Part shown: positions 49,833 to 63,830 of the stretch, one piece after another
Layout: every line of letters begins with the position of its first letter
Position numbering within the stretch: position 1 is the first letter of the stretch
Source of the DNA: Escherichia coli
GTDB taxonomy: Bacteria > Pseudomonadota > Gammaproteobacteria > Enterobacterales > Enterobacteriaceae
DNA length: 64,000 nt
Assembly: GCF_013315695.1 (NCBI RefSeq)
Contig: NZ_CP054353.1
Reading direction: 5' to 3' (one strand)
The notes under the pieces: model-generated
Told to the model about the DNA's origin: nothing
Databases searched by the model: none
What the model saw: the letters and a program-made list of their open reading frames with translations, nothing else
Program-made: the position numbers and the translations under genes

Positions 49833-50309
49833 ATGATATTATTTGTTGGATTTTTGTTGATGGAAATTGTTATGCCTCAGATTAGCCGGACCGCACTGGT
49901 ACCCTACAGCGCGGAGCAAATGTATCAGTTAGTGAATGACGTTCAGTCTTATCCTCAGTTTTTGCCGGGTTGTACCGGAAGTCGGATTCTGGAGTCCACT
50001 CCTGGGCAGATGACTGCGGCGGTAGATGTCTCTAAGGCTGGGATCAGCAAAACGTTTACTACCCGCAACCAGTTGACCAGTAACCAAAGTATTCTTATGA
50101 ATCTGGTGGATGGGCCGTTCAAGAAATTGATCGGTGGATGGAAGTTTACGCCGCTGAGCCAGGAGGCGTGTCGTATCGAGTTTCATCTCGACTTTGAGTT
50201 TACCAATAAGTTGATTGAACTCGCCTTTGGTCGCGTGTTTAAAGAGCTGGCGGCTAATATGGTCCAGGCTTTTACGGTTCGTGCGAAAGAGGTTTACAGT
50301 GCCAGGTAA
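49833..50309 (+). CDS. ratA: Ribosome association toxin RatA (SRPBCC family)
   Basis: Matches E. coli RatA/YfjG; alternative start at 49872. Confidence 0.9.
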
Positions 50310-50589
50310 AATTGCCGTTGAGGTGGCTTATGCGCTACCTGAGAAGCAGTACCTGCAGCGCGTGACGCTGCAGGAGGGTGCGACGGTTGAAGAAGCTATT
50401 CGTGCCAGTGGCTTGCTGGAATTGCGTACCGATATCGATTTAACTAAAAACAAAGTCGGCATTTACAGCCGTCCGGCCAAACTGAGCGATACCGTGCATG
50501 ATGGCGATCGGGTGGAGATTTATCGTCCTCTCATTGCCGATCCGAAAGAGCTGCGCAGGCAACGAGCAGAAAAATCAGCGAATAAATAA
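50299..50589 (+). CDS. ratB: RatB/YfjF (UPF0125), GTG start
   Basis: [21 protein letters not shown]... matches E. coli YfjF; overlaps the ratA stop. Confidence 0.85.
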
Positions 50590-50602
50590 CAGACAGAAAA
50601 AA

Positions 50603-50625
50603 GGTGCTCATTGAGCACCTTTTTT
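50603..50625. terminator. Bidirectional rho-independent terminator between ratB and bamE
   Basis: ggtgctcattgagcacc hairpin flanked by an A-run and a T-run. Confidence 0.55.
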
Positions 50626-50650
50626 AACCTCTTTGAGAGCAACTTTATTA

Positions 50651-50992
50651 TTAGTTACCACTCAGCGCAGGTTTGTTATCAATGTTGGTCAACACACCGC
50701 TACTGTTAAAGGTCAGCGTCAGCGTTTGCTGCGTTACACCTTCATGACCAGGTTGCTGGCGGAAGACATAGAACCAGGTATTTGTACCAAATGGATCGGA
50801 CATCAGCGGTGTACCCAATGCGTACGCAACTTGTTGTTGCGTCATGCCAACACGTATTTTGGATACGTCGTTAGCGGTCAGATAATTCCCCTGGTTGATG
50901 TCAGGACGGTAAACCACTCGCTCCAGAGTGGAACAGCCTGCGGTCAACATCAATAGTACTGCTGCTGCAGCAGTCAGCGTTTTACAGCGCAT
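50651..50992 (-). CDS. bamE: Outer membrane protein assembly factor BamE (113 aa)
   Basis: Lipoprotein signal (LMLTAGCS) and match to E. coli BamE/SmpA. Confidence 0.9.
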
Positions 50993-51140
50993 AGTGATTT
51001 GATTCCTTTTCGGGCCCGAGCAGTACGTGGCTCATCTGTAATATGCCGATGATAATAGACCTTTCATCACTTTAAAACCTTTTGCTTTCCGGTCCTACGG
51101 CGTTTTGCTGTTTACTCTGACCGTGAAGCAGGAAAAAAGT

Positions 51141-52802
51141 TTACGCCGCAAGCAGTTCTTTCGCATTCGCCAGTGTGTTACGTGTGACTTCACTGCCACC
51201 AAGCAGGCGTGCCAGCTCTTGTAACCGCGCTTTTTTATCCAGGGATTGCATGTGCGTTTCTGTCATCGCACCATCGGTTTCTTTGCTGACAAAATAGTGT
51301 TGATGACCACATCCCGCGACTTGTGGCAGGTGGGTAACACACATCACCTGAGTTGATTCGCCAAGTTGACGCAGCAGTTTGCCGACAACTGCCGCTGTTG
51401 GGCCGCTAATCCCTACATCCACTTCATCAAAAATCAGTGCCGGGGTTTCCATTTTACGCGCCGTGATGACCTGAATTGCCAATGCGATGCGGGACAACTC
51501 ACCACCGGATGCGACTTTGGCAATAGGCTGCATTGGCTGACCTGGGTTGGTGGTTACCCGAAACTCAATACGATCAGCGCCGTCAGCGCCCAGGTGATGC
51601 TCGTCAAATTTAACATCGATCGTAAACTGCCCATGCGGCATAGAGAGTGCATGCATACTGTCGGTGATCAGCTGTGCAAGTTCTTCTGCATAGTGCTGGC
51701 GTTGCTGGTGTAACGCGCGCGCCGTTTCCAGTGCCTGCTGATGATGTTTCGTTACCGCCAGCGCGAGCGTTTCTTGTGAGTCGGCCTGATCGTCCAGTTG
51801 CTGCTGTTCTTCCAGTAGCGACTGGTAATACTGTGGCAATGCCTCAGGGCTGACGTGATGTTTACGTGCCAGCGAAATCTGTCTTGAGATGCGCTGTTCA
51901 AGTTCAAACAGTCGGTTGGGATCGAGATCCAGACGATCGCAGTAGTGGCGCAGTTCATCGCTGGCTTCAGCAATCTGGATGGTAGCTTCTTCCAGCATAT
52001 CAAGTACGCCGGACAGTTTGCTGTCCATGCCAATCAATTCGCTCACCAGTTGTTTAGCCGTGTAAAGCTGACTTTGCAGGTTTGCGTCTTCACCGTCGGC
52101 CATTACTGCCAATGCATTCTGGCTGGTAGTCAGCAATTGACCGCTGTTCGCCAGACGTTTGTACTCTTCGTCGATTTGCTCAAACTCTCCGGGCTGCGGA
52201 TTAAATTCGTTAAGTTCTTTTAATTGGTATTGCAGCAGTTCTGCACGGGCGGCGCGTTCCTGACTTAACTGTTGATGATGCGCGAGGTCACGGCAGCTTT
52301 GATGCCACAACTGATAACGTGCGGTCATTTCCTGGAGTAGAGAGGTTTCATTGGCATAGCCATCAAGCAGGAATTTTTGGTGCTCGGGTTTGGTGAGTAA
52401 CTGATGAGCGTGCTGACCATGGATCTGAATCAGCAACTGACCCAGTTCGCGCAGTTGTGAAAGAGGAACCGCTGTACCGTTGATAAAACCACGGGAGCGA
52501 CCATCGCTGCTGATTACGCGACGAAGCAAACATTCATGCCCGTCTTCAAGCTGGTTTTCTTCCAGCCAGCGCAGGGCCGCTGGCGTATCTTTCAGAGAAA
52601 AACGGGCGCACAGGTCAGCGCGAGCAGCGCCGGTACGCACCATGTCGGCTTCAGCGCGACCACCGAGACAAAGACCGAGGGCATCTATTGCAATAGATTT
52701 ACCCGCGCCGGTCTCGCCAGTTATTACGGTCATGCCGCTATGAAAATCAATCTCAAGCTCACGAACGATAGCAAAGTTGCTGATGGTCAGTTGTGCCAAC
52801 AT
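51141..52802 (-). CDS. recN: DNA repair protein RecN (553 aa)
   Basis: SMC-like ATPase with Walker A GETGAGKS; matches E. coli RecN. Confidence 0.95.
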   Translation of the reverse strand: MLAQLTISNFAIVRELEIDFHSGMTVITGETGAGKSIAIDALGLCLGGRAEADMVRTGAARADLCARFSLKDTPAALRWLEENQLEDGHECLLRRVISSDGRSRGFINGTAVPLSQLRELGQLLIQIHGQHAHQLLTKPEHQKFLLDGYANETSLLQEMTARYQLWHQSCRDLAHHQQLSQERAARAELLQYQLKELNEFNPQPGEFEQIDEEYKRLANSGQLLTTSQNALAVMADGEDANLQSQLYTAKQLVSELIGMDSKLSGVLDMLEEATIQIAEASDELRHYCDRLDLDPNRLFELEQRISRQISLARKHHVSPEALPQYYQSLLEEQQQLDDQADSQETLALAVTKHHQQALETARALHQQRQHYAEELAQLITDSMHALSMPHGQFTIDVKFDEHHLGADGADRIEFRVTTNPGQPMQPIAKVASGGELSRIALAIQVITARKMETPALIFDEVDVGISGPTAAVVGKLLRQLGESTQVMCVTHLPQVAGCGHQHYFVSKETDGAMTETHMQSLDKKARLQELARLLGGSEVTRNTLANAKELLAA

Positions 52803-52810
52803 AGTTGTTT

Positions 52811-52870
52811 TCCTGTATGAAAAACCATTACTGTTATTGTGTACAGTATAAACTGGTTTTATATACAGTA
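52811..52870 (-). promoter_or_regulatory. recN promoter region with LexA boxes
   Basis: rc reads tactgtatataaaaccagtt, tactgtacacaataacagta, taatggtttttcatacagga, all CTGT-N8-ACAG-like. Confidence 0.7.
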
Positions 52871-52887
52871 AAGAGGCTGGCGTAAAA

Positions 52888-54480
<1,593 letters not shown>

Positions 54481-54514
54481 ATATCTGATGGCCGACGCGA
54501 AGTCGGCCATTTTT

Positions 54515-55156
54515 TTAGCTTAAAAAATCCTGTACTTCCAGCCACGGCGTGTTGAAATCATCTATTTTTTTATATTCGTTCATTGGCAGAACGGCCACGT
54601 TATAACTATCTGTTCCTTCATTCAGATTGAAAATTTGGTAGCCCCGTTCATTAAGCTGGTCCTGAATGCGTCCAAAGATCTCGTCAAGGTAACGATCACC
54701 ATCTTCGCAGGCATCTGCAATTTCATCTTCCTGAGTTATGTCGATAAGCAGACTTCGTAGTGTCTCTGAGGCTGTCAGGTCTTTACACAGATCGTAGAAG
54801 CGGTCAGCAGCAAAATTTGCCAGCTCACCATCTTCTTCTTCGCCTTTCCAGTCAACAATATGGATTAATCCTTCGTTGCGTAGGATTTGTAAAAATGCCT
54901 GCCCCAATGCGTCATTTCCTAAATCGCCACCGCTGCAATTGAGAACGTCTTGCAATCCATATTCGTCTTCATCTTCGTCTTCAAAGATTTCAGGAGTGGT
55001 GGCAAGTTGAGAGACGATACCAGACCATAGCGTTGGCTCGTGGGGGAAAAACACGCTGGCGACAACGTTGAGATCGTCTTCAAAATCCTTATCCCACTCA
55101 ATTACATAATCTTCTGACATAACATCGATATCCTTTCCGAATAATTGAAATGTCAT
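54515..55156 (-). CDS. Hypothetical highly acidic protein (213 aa)
   Basis: Long ORF with normal GC between grpE and yfjD; Asp/Glu-rich ([12 protein letters not shown]); 3' end abuts the grpE terminator hairpin. Confidence 0.5.
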   Translation of the reverse strand: MTFQLFGKDIDVMSEDYVIEWDKDFEDDLNVVASVFFPHEPTLWSGIVSQLATTPEIFEDEDEDEYGLQDVLNCSGGDLGNDALGQAFLQILRNEGLIHIVDWKGEEEDGELANFAADRFYDLCKDLTASETLRSLLIDITQEDEIADACEDGDRYLDEIFGRIQDQLNERGYQIFNLNEGTDSYNVAVLPMNEYKKIDDFNTPWLEVQDFLS

Positions 55157-55240
55157 TATTGCATTGTGAAGTAAAAGGAAGGAATTGATGGAATCCTAAA
55201 AGGCGGCGATAAGAAAGGCGAACCGGAGCTCGCCACTGTA

Positions 55241-56503
55241 TTACTCCGCCACGCTCTCGCGTAGCGGTTTCACAGGAAAAACTTTTACCTGCTTAATCAT
55301 ATTGTCCTGAACGTCGAGAATATCAATATCGTACTCGCCAATACGCACGCGGGTGCCTGCTACCGGGATCTCCTCCAGCGCTTCCAGAATGACGCCGTTA
55401 ACAGTACGAGCATCATCTTCCGGTAGATGCCAGTTAAAGGCTTTGTTAATTTCTCGCACGTTGGCAGTGCCATCAATAATCACCGAACCGTCGTTTTGTG
55501 GCGTAACTTCTTCGGCAAGTGTTGGCGACATCGACGTGGTGAAATCGCCGACAATCTCTTCCAGAATATCTTCAACCGTCACCAGCCCCTGAATGTCTCC
55601 ATACTCGTTGACGACCAGGCCGACTTTCTTTTTGTTGCGCTGAAACTTCACCAACTGCGTGCTGAGCGGCGTACCTTCCGGGACAAAATAGATCTCGTCC
55701 GCGGCGCGTAGCATGGTTTCTTTGGTGAACTCTTTTTTCTCCGACATGAGTCGCCAGGCTTCACGCACACGCAGCATACTGATGGCGTCGTCCAACGAGT
55801 CACGGTAGAGCACGATACGTCCGTGAGGTGAGTGGGAGAGTTGGCGCAGAATCGATTTCCAGTCATCGTTGATATCAATACCGATAATTTCACTGCGCGG
55901 CACCATGATGTCATCGACGGTCATCTTTTCCAGATCGAGAACCGAAAGCAGCATATCCTGATTGCGACGGGAAATTTGTGAGCGCGATTCGTGCACGATG
56001 GTGCGCAACTCTTCTTTGCTCAAAGAGCCGCTAACCACGATATCGGTTTTGATGCCCATCATGCGCATTAACATGCGGGTAATAGCATTCAGCAACCAGA
56101 CCAGCGGCATCATCAAAATTTGCAGCGGAGCCAGCAGAAAACTACTCGGATAAGCGACTTTTTCCGGGTACAGCGCGGCAATGGTTTTCGGCAATACCTC
56201 AGCAAAAACCAGTACGACAAAAGTCAGCACACCAGTCGCAATTGCCACGCCCGCATCGCCGTACAAACGCATCCCAACAATAGTGCCGAGCGCGGAGGCA
56301 AGAATATTGACCAGGTTATTGCCGATTAACACCAGGCTAATCAGGCGGTCTGGCTTACGCAGCAATTTTTCGACGCGTTTGGCCGAGCGATTACCCTGTT
56401 TCGCCATATGTCGCAGACGATAGCGGTTGAGGGTCATCATTCCGGTTTCGGACCCGGAAAAATAGGCTGAAATGACCACCATGATGATCAGAATAATGAT
56501 CAA
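55241..56503 (-). CDS. yfjD: CNNM/CorC-family membrane protein YfjD (DUF21-CBS-CorC)
   Basis: Matches E. coli YfjD; true start may be a non-ATG codon a few codons upstream. Confidence 0.9.
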   Translation of the reverse strand: MIIILIIMVVISAYFSGSETGMMTLNRYRLRHMAKQGNRSAKRVEKLLRKPDRLISLVLIGNNLVNILASALGTIVGMRLYGDAGVAIATGVLTFVVLVFAEVLPKTIAALYPEKVAYPSSFLLAPLQILMMPLVWLLNAITRMLMRMMGIKTDIVVSGSLSKEELRTIVHESRSQISRRNQDMLLSVLDLEKMTVDDIMVPRSEIIGIDINDDWKSILRQLSHSPHGRIVLYRDSLDDAISMLRVREAWRLMSEKKEFTKETMLRAADEIYFVPEGTPLSTQLVKFQRNKKKVGLVVNEYGDIQGLVTVEDILEEIVGDFTTSMSPTLAEEVTPQNDGSVIIDGTANVREINKAFNWHLPEDDARTVNGVILEALEEIPVAGTRVRIGEYDIDILDVQDNMIKQVKVFPVKPLRESVAE

Positions 56504-56547
56504 CGTAGTAGTAGAAATGTGTTCCAGGGGAAACTCCTTTTCTGGGT

Positions 56548-57339
56548 TTAGCTGATTAACTGCTGGACAATTCGGCTGCCGAAGTAGGCCAGTGTCAGAA
56601 TGACTGCACCCGCAACGTTAAACCAGACGACGCGGCGTCCACGCCATCCTTCATGATAATGTCCCCACAGCAGCACAATATAGACAAACCACGCCACGAT
56701 AGAGAGCACTGCCTTGTCGATATTTTCCATGCTAAATAAGTTGTGCATGTAGAACAGGCCAGTGCAAAGAGTGAGCGTTAGCAGCACCACGCCAATCTGC
56801 GTGATGTGGAACATTTTACGCTCGATACTCATCAATGGCGGCATTTCCTGGTTAAACGCCAGTTTCTTGTTCTTCAGTTGGTAATCAATCCACGCCAGTT
56901 GCAGCGCGTACAGGGCGGCGATAATTAGCGTGGCATAGGAAAAGAGCGATAAGCCAATGTGCACCAGCATCCCAGGCGTTGCTTCCAGATGGGTGATGTA
57001 TTCATTGGGCATGAAGGTCGCCAGCGCCAGGTTGATAAGCGCAAAGGCATAGACAATGGGTAGCAGCAACCAGCCACGATTGCGAGAAGCCACAATGGTC
57101 ATTACCGTACAGATCATCAAACTGACCAATGAACCAACGTTCAGCAGGCTGAGGTTTTGTCCGCTATCACCGTCGGGCAGGATGCGGGCTTCCAGAGCGA
57201 TTGCGTGGCAGACCAGCGCAATGACCGCAGAAATAATAGCCATGCGCCGCCAGCCGCCGTTTTTTTGCAGCAGACCGGGAACAATCAGCGCAAGACTGAC
57301 GGAGTAGGCGACAAGCGCGAGCAGAGCAAAAACGGGCAT
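56548..57339 (-). CDS. ypjD: Inner membrane protein YpjD (263 aa)
   Basis: Multi-TM protein matching E. coli YpjD; start at internal ATG 57339. Confidence 0.85.
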   Translation of the reverse strand: MPVFALLALVAYSVSLALIVPGLLQKNGGWRRMAIISAVIALVCHAIALEARILPDGDSGQNLSLLNVGSLVSLMICTVMTIVASRNRGWLLLPIVYAFALINLALATFMPNEYITHLEATPGMLVHIGLSLFSYATLIIAALYALQLAWIDYQLKNKKLAFNQEMPPLMSIERKMFHITQIGVVLLTLTLCTGLFYMHNLFSMENIDKAVLSIVAWFVYIVLLWGHYHEGWRGRRVVWFNVAGAVILTLAYFGSRIVQQLIS

Positions 57340-57505
57340 AGTAATGTCGACAGTTTGAGCAATAAGAAAGAGAAGCAGTATAGCGTCAGGTGAACGCTGC
57401 TCCAACCGTTGCATAACAACAAAGACGCCTTCATGTTATACTGCGGCAAAATACTGATGATGTGTCGCGATTGCGGCCAACCGTTTCCACCCCAGGCGAG
57501 AGACA

Positions 57506-58867
57506 ATGTTTGATAATTTAACCGATCGTTTGTCGCGCACGCTGCGCAATATCAGTGGCCGTGGACGCCTCACTGAAGACAACGTAAAAGATACGCTGCG
57601 CGAAGTGCGCATGGCGCTGCTGGAGGCGGACGTCGCCCTGCCGGTAGTGCGTGAGTTTATCAATCGCGTAAAAGAGAAAGCGGTTGGTCATGAAGTTAAT
57701 AAGAGCCTGACGCCGGGGCAGGAGTTCGTCAAAATCGTCCGTAACGAACTGGTTGCGGCGATGGGCGAAGAGAACCAGACCCTGAATCTGGCTGCGCAAC
57801 CGCCAGCGGTGGTACTGATGGCGGGCCTGCAAGGTGCCGGTAAAACAACCAGCGTGGGCAAGCTCGGTAAGTTCCTGCGTGAGAAGCACAAGAAAAAAGT
57901 GTTGGTGGTTTCTGCCGACGTTTATCGTCCGGCGGCAATCAAACAGCTGGAGACGCTGGCAGAGCAGGTGGGCGTTGATTTCTTCCCTTCTGATGTTGGT
58001 CAGAAGCCGGTAGATATCGTTAACGCGGCGCTGAAAGAAGCCAAACTGAAATTCTACGACGTGCTGCTGGTGGATACCGCCGGTCGTCTGCACGTTGACG
58101 AAGCGATGATGGACGAGATCAAACAAGTCCATGCGTCGATTAATCCGGTTGAAACCCTGTTTGTGGTTGATGCCATGACTGGTCAGGATGCGGCCAATAC
58201 GGCAAAAGCATTCAATGAAGCGTTACCGCTTACTGGTGTAGTGTTGACCAAAGTGGACGGCGATGCCCGCGGTGGTGCGGCGCTCTCTATTCGTCACATC
58301 ACTGGCAAACCGATCAAGTTCCTCGGTGTTGGCGAGAAAACTGAGGCGCTGGAGCCGTTCCATCCGGACCGCATCGCGTCGCGTATTCTCGGCATGGGCG
58401 ACGTACTGTCACTGATCGAAGATATTGAAAGCAAAGTTGACCGCGCGCAGGCAGAGAAATTAGCCAGCAAGCTGAAAAAAGGCGACGGCTTCGATCTCAA
58501 CGACTTTCTTGAGCAGCTGCGCCAGATGAAAAATATGGGCGGCATGGCTAGCCTGATGGGCAAGCTGCCGGGCATGGGGCAGATCCCGGATAACGTCAAG
58601 TCGCAGATGGACGATAAAGTGCTGGTGCGTATGGAAGCCATCATCAACTCGATGACGATGAAAGAGCGCGCTAAGCCAGAAATCATCAAAGGTTCGCGTA
58701 AGCGTCGTATCGCCGCCGGTTGCGGGATGCAGGTACAGGACGTTAACCGCCTTCTGAAACAGTTCGACGACATGCAGCGCATGATGAAGAAAATGAAGAA
58801 GGGCGGGATGGCGAAGATGATGAGAAGCATGAAAGGGATGATGCCGCCGGGATTTCCTGGTCGCTAA
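57506..58867 (+). CDS. ffh: Signal recognition particle protein Ffh (453 aa)
   Basis: SRP54-type GTPase (GLQGAGKTT, DTAGR) and Met-rich C-terminal M domain. Confidence 0.97.
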   Translation: MFDNLTDRLSRTLRNISGRGRLTEDNVKDTLREVRMALLEADVALPVVREFINRVKEKAVGHEVNKSLTPGQEFVKIVRNELVAAMGEENQTLNLAAQPPAVVLMAGLQGAGKTTSVGKLGKFLREKHKKKVLVVSADVYRPAAIKQLETLAEQVGVDFFPSDVGQKPVDIVNAALKEAKLKFYDVLLVDTAGRLHVDEAMMDEIKQVHASINPVETLFVVDAMTGQDAANTAKAFNEALPLTGVVLTKVDGDARGGAALSIRHITGKPIKFLGVGEKTEALEPFHPDRIASRILGMGDVLSLIEDIESKVDRAQAEKLASKLKKGDGFDLNDFLEQLRQMKNMGGMASLMGKLPGMGQIPDNVKSQMDDKVLVRMEAIINSMTMKERAKPEIIKGSRKRRIAAGCGMQVQDVNRLLKQFDDMQRMMKKMKKGGMAKMMRSMKGMMPPGFPGR

Positions 58868-58925
58868 ATGACCTTATGCGACAGAGTTATTAACTGCTGA
58901 TTGCATTTTCTCCAGAAATCAGTAA

Positions 58926-59252
<327 letters not shown>

Positions 59253-59270
59253 TCTGTCACGGTGGTCATG

Positions 59271-59819
59271 ATGAGCAAACAACTCACCGCGCAAGCACCT
59301 GTTGATCCCATCGTTTTGGGAAAAATGGGTTCGTCTTACGGTATTCGTGGGTGGCTCAGAGTGTTTTCTTCCACCGAAGACGCCGAAAGCATTTTTGACT
59401 ATCAGCCCTGGTTTATCCAGAAGGCGGGTCAGTGGCAGCAAGTCCAGCTGGAAAGCTGGAAGCACCACAATCAGGACATGATCATCAAGCTGAAAGGCGT
59501 TGACGATCGTGATGCGGCGAACCTGCTGACGAATTGTGAAATTGTCGTGGATTCATCGCAGTTGCCTCAGCTTGAAGAGGGTGACTACTACTGGAAAGAC
59601 TTGATGGGCTGCCAGGTAGTAACCACTGAAGGCTACGATCTCGGTAAAGTCGTCGATATGATGGAAACCGGATCTAATGACGTTCTCGTCATTAAGGCAA
59701 ACCTGAAAGATGCGTTTGGTATCAAGGAACGTCTCGTACCGTTCCTCGATGGGCAGGTTATCAAGAAAGTCGATCTCACTACTCGTTCAATCGAAGTAGA
59801 TTGGGATCCTGGTTTTTAA
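59271..59819 (+). CDS. rimM: Ribosome maturation factor RimM (182 aa)
   Basis: Matches E. coli RimM; rpsP-rimM-trmD-rplS operon order. Confidence 0.95.
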
Positions 59820-59849
59820 ACCACCGGATAAACGGTAAAAGACGGCGCT

Positions 59850-60617
59850 ATGTGGATTGGCATAATTAGCCTGTTTCCTGAAATGTTCCGCGCAATTACC
59901 GATTACGGGGTAACTGGCCGGGCAGTTAAAAATGGCCTGCTGAGCATCCAGAGCTGGAGTCCTCGCGACTTCACGCATGACCGGCACCGTACCGTGGACG
60001 ATCGTCCTTACGGCGGCGGACCGGGGATGTTAATGATGGTGCAACCCTTGCGGGACGCCATTCATGCAGCAAAAGCCGCGGCGGGTGAAGGCGCAAAGGT
60101 GATTTATCTGTCACCACAGGGACGCAAGCTTGATCAAGCGGGCGTCAGCGAACTGGCAACGAATCAAAAATTGATTCTGGTGTGCGGTCGCTACGAAGGT
60201 ATAGATGAGCGCGTGATCCAAACCGAAATTGACGAAGAATGGTCAATCGGCGATTACGTTCTCAGTGGTGGTGAGTTACCAGCAATGACGCTGATTGACT
60301 CCGTTTCCCGGTTTATTCCGGGAGTACTGGGACATGAAGCCTCGGCAACGGAAGATTCCTTTGCTGAAGGATTGCTGGATTGCCCGCACTATACGCGGCC
60401 TGAGGTGTTAGAAGGGATGGAAGTTCCGCCAGTGTTACTGTCGGGCAACCATGCCGAGATACGTCGCTGGCGTTTGAAACACTCGCTGGGCCGTACCTGG
60501 CTTAGAAGACCTGAACTTCTGGAAAACCTGGCTCTGACTGAAGAGCAAGCAAGGTTGCTGGCGGAGTTCAAAACGGAACACGCACAACAGCAACATAAAC
60601 ATGATGGGATGGCGTAA
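59850..60617 (+). CDS. trmD: tRNA (guanine37-N1)-methyltransferase TrmD (255 aa)
   Basis: Matches E. coli TrmD. Confidence 0.95.
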   Translation: MWIGIISLFPEMFRAITDYGVTGRAVKNGLLSIQSWSPRDFTHDRHRTVDDRPYGGGPGMLMMVQPLRDAIHAAKAAAGEGAKVIYLSPQGRKLDQAGVSELATNQKLILVCGRYEGIDERVIQTEIDEEWSIGDYVLSGGELPAMTLIDSVSRFIPGVLGHEASATEDSFAEGLLDCPHYTRPEVLEGMEVPPVLLSGNHAEIRRWRLKHSLGRTWLRRPELLENLALTEEQARLLAEFKTEHAQQQHKHDGMA

Positions 60618-60655
60618 GCCCCCGAGATATCAGTTTACCCAGGATAAGAGATTAA

Positions 60656-61006
<351 letters not shown>

Positions 61007-61037
61007 GATTTCGCTAAAGCGACATCCTGTTAAGAAG

Positions 61038-61067
61038 GGCTGGCCAATTGGCTGGCCCTTTTTTTAT
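61038..61067 (+). terminator. Rho-independent terminator after rplS
   Basis: gggctggccaattggctggccc hairpin followed by tttttttat. Confidence 0.6.
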
Positions 61068-61082
61068 CTGTTTGCTCGTGTT

Positions 61083-61565
61083 TTAAGGGGTTGTAATCAC
61101 CACTGCGACGCGGCGGTTCTCGGCGCGGCCCTGGGCGGTCTTGTTACTGGCTATGGGATATTTTTTTCCTAAACCCTGTGTGGTGAGATTGCTGCGCGGA
61201 ATTTGTCCACCCATAGCCCATGCATCGGCCACGACATTCGCCCGTTTTAATGATAAGACTTCGTTGTAACTGTCTTCACCATAGTTGTCGGTGTGTCCAT
61301 CCATACGGGCATGTGTTAGCCCTGTCGAGGCCAATTTGGCTGCCATGGTTTGGATTTGTTGCTGGCTTTCCGGGAGCAATTTGTAGTCATTTTTTGCGAA
61401 CAGAATGGCATCTGATAAGCCCAGCGACCAGTCGCCGGCGGATTCAGTAAATCCATAAGATTGCATAGCGGCGACTTGCTCAGGAGTAAACTTTCCCTGA
61501 GGGGACTGGCAGCCAGTAAGTATTAGCGAGGTGAAAATCAGGGGTGCTACCAGGTGCTTTATCAT
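61083..61565 (-). CDS. yfiB: OmpA-family lipoprotein YfiB (160 aa)
   Basis: Lipobox LILTGCQ and OmpA-like C-terminus; yfiRNB operon context. Confidence 0.85.
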   Translation of the reverse strand: MIKHLVAPLIFTSLILTGCQSPQGKFTPEQVAAMQSYGFTESAGDWSLGLSDAILFAKNDYKLLPESQQQIQTMAAKLASTGLTHARMDGHTDNYGEDSYNEVLSLKRANVVADAWAMGGQIPRSNLTTQGLGKKYPIASNKTAQGRAENRRVAVVITTP

Positions 61566-61580
61566 ATCGATATATCCTTG

Positions 61581-62807
61581 TTATCTCACCAGCTTTTCGG
61601 CACGCTGGTGTTTGGCCTGATACATATTGTGATCGGCAAGCTCTTGTAAATTTTCCGCAGAGGCGTGCTCAATGGTCATCGCGTAACCAATGCTTAATGT
61701 CATGGTAGTCTGATGGCCATTATGAAGATCAAACGGGAGATTAAAAATTTGTGTCAGTGCTGAGCATATCTGCTGCACTTCAGATTCCGATTGTACATCA
61801 TAGAGCACCATAGCGAATTCATCGCCGCCCAGGCGGTATGCTTTATGTCGCAGCCCGCCAAATTCAGTTAACCGTTTTGCTATTTCAATCAAGACTCTAT
61901 CGCCCGTCGCATGACCCCAGGTATCATTGATATATTTGAAATTATCGCCATCAAGAAATAGTAACGCCGACGTTTTTCGGGCATCGGAATTGTTCATCAA
62001 CGTGTTGATGCCGCTACGAAACGCTGCGCGGTTAGCCAGCCCGGTTAATGGGTCATGTAGCGCGGTACGTAGAAGCTGCGCATTTTTGGCCTGTAAACGA
62101 AGCTGCCACTCTTCCATTTCATCCAGCAGACTGTTGAAGTCGAGAGCGAAGCGGTGAAACTCAGCGATACGTTCTTCCGAAACTCGTCGGGAAAAATTGC
62201 GGTTAGAACGCACATCATGTACGACATCGGTGATATTTTTCAGCGCTTCCACCAGGCCATTGTGCAAATGGCGGGTGAGGGTAATTGCGATGCCTGATGC
62301 CAGCAGAATACAACCGGTCAGGACAGCGAGCGAAAACCAGATAAAATGGCTGATTGAACTGTCGCGAGCAGTTAAGCGTACTTCGCCAATGGTTTCACCA
62401 TTGTGACGAATCGGCTGAGTGATGGGGGCAGGGAAGAGCCAGTGGCTTATGAAATTGCTGAAAGTATCGCCTGGATCCTTACGGGTGTAATGCCAGGATG
62501 CCAGAATATTTTGCTGCTTATCACGCACTTCTGCAGTTGAAAATTGCCCTTGCTTCCCCAGCGCTGCCAGTGTTTGAGTTGCTGCAGGGCCATCGGCAAA
62601 AACGACCGCTGCTTCCAGACTGTAAGTCATTGTTGCTGCTGTCAGTGCCAGGTTTTTTTGCGCGTACTGTTTCAGGGTCAGCACCGAGGTCACGGAAAGC
62701 AGCAACCAGATCAGCATCATAGTGATAAATATGCTGGTCATACTGATGTTGCGTAATGCTCTTTTAAACGTGGGGCGCTTATTAAGAGAATTATCGTTAT
62801 CCATCAT
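61581..62807 (-). CDS. yfiN: Diguanylate cyclase YfiN/DgcN (408 aa)
   Basis: Two TM helices with periplasmic domain, HAMP-like region, GGDEF domain (RLGGDEF). Confidence 0.9.
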   Translation of the reverse strand: MMDNDNSLNKRPTFKRALRNISMTSIFITMMLIWLLLSVTSVLTLKQYAQKNLALTAATMTYSLEAAVVFADGPAATQTLAALGKQGQFSTAEVRDKQQNILASWHYTRKDPGDTFSNFISHWLFPAPITQPIRHNGETIGEVRLTARDSSISHFIWFSLAVLTGCILLASGIAITLTRHLHNGLVEALKNITDVVHDVRSNRNFSRRVSEERIAEFHRFALDFNSLLDEMEEWQLRLQAKNAQLLRTALHDPLTGLANRAAFRSGINTLMNNSDARKTSALLFLDGDNFKYINDTWGHATGDRVLIEIAKRLTEFGGLRHKAYRLGGDEFAMVLYDVQSESEVQQICSALTQIFNLPFDLHNGHQTTMTLSIGYAMTIEHASAENLQELADHNMYQAKHQRAEKLVR

Positions 62808-63315
62808 TTTTCTTCCGTGCGAGCATTAAGACATCCGGGTTGACCTTTACACCGCTACGCGATAAGGCATCCAGGTTTACGGCAAATCTGACGTCATTAT
62901 TGTGGATGATTAGACAAAAGGCGCTACCAATAATGCATTCGGTATTTTGTTCGGCAATTAATAATAACGCCTTTGACGGATATTGTTCGGTTAATTCCAT
63001 CTGGAATATCGGTGACTCGTTGCCAAAATAAAAACCATTGCAGCCTGAAATCATCGCCTCTTGTTGAGTGTGAATGATGACAGGTAGATAAGGCAAAGAT
63101 GTCGTGCCATTCTCTTGTAGGGCGTTACTAAAATGTGAAGATGAAAAGATACATAACTTTGGTGGCCCTGATAGCGCAGGCCAGCGGGTGTAACTGACAA
63201 TACCGGAAACCATCATACGCACGTTTTTCGCAACGTCAGAAGGTTCCTGAGCGAGTATTGGTGCTCCCGTCAGCAGGAGAATCAGCAGTAAGAACAGTCG
63301 GTGAGAAAAACGCAT
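62797..63315 (-). CDS. yfiR: Periplasmic repressor of YfiN, YfiR (172 aa)
   Basis: Signal peptide and operon position upstream of yfiN. Confidence 0.85.
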   Translation of the reverse strand: MRFSHRLFLLLILLLTGAPILAQEPSDVAKNVRMMVSGIVSYTRWPALSGPPKLCIFSSSHFSNALQENGTTSLPYLPVIIHTQQEAMISGCNGFYFGNESPIFQMELTEQYPSKALLLIAEQNTECIIGSAFCLIIHNNDVRFAVNLDALSRSGVKVNPDVLMLARKKNDG

Positions 63316-63464
63316 TCAGGGATCCTCACCATCTTCGCTCGAAATGCATCGATATTTTTTAAGAATGCTCATTAAAATATCATTCTTTCATGCGGTCGTC
63401 ATCAATGTGAGAAATAAAACACAATGAGTAGAATCTCATGTTTAATTTATTTGTGGGGGTTTAA

Positions 63465-63830
63465 TTAATTTAATCGTATTGTGCTGGCATTTTCATCAGC
63501 CCCTTTTTGCCATACTTCATGCAGTTGGCTGGCATTTTCAACATTGTTGCAGCTGGCAGGAAAGCTTTTACCGGAAAGTCCTCGGGCATAAGTAAAATCG
63601 GTCTGGCAAGTTTTCTTTTGTCCTTCGGCATATCCTTTAAGGTATAGACCGCGATCCGCCTGTGAATCGCTAAATGCATCGTCATCTTTTATGGCGTTGC
63701 CCGATATCGCATCTTCCATACCAACATCATACCAGTCGGTGCTGGTCAAGGTTGGCGCGTGAGTATAAGGATCAATCTGACATCCGCTAACCAGTAAAGC
63801 CAACAAGGGGGCGATAAACTTTTTCATCAT
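63465..63830 (-). CDS. yfiL: Lipoprotein YfiL (121 aa)
   Basis: Lipobox LLVSGCQ; start at internal ATG 63830. Confidence 0.7.
   Translation of the reverse strand: MMKKFIAPLLALLVSGCQIDPYTHAPTLTSTDWYDVGMEDAISGNAIKDDDAFSDSQADRGLYLKGYAEGQKKTCQTDFTYARGLSGKSFPASCNNVENASQLHEVWQKGADENASTIRLN

Noticed and set aside
57518-58132. 204-aa minus-strand ORF
   Set aside because: Antisense to ffh, which has unambiguous SRP54 motifs.
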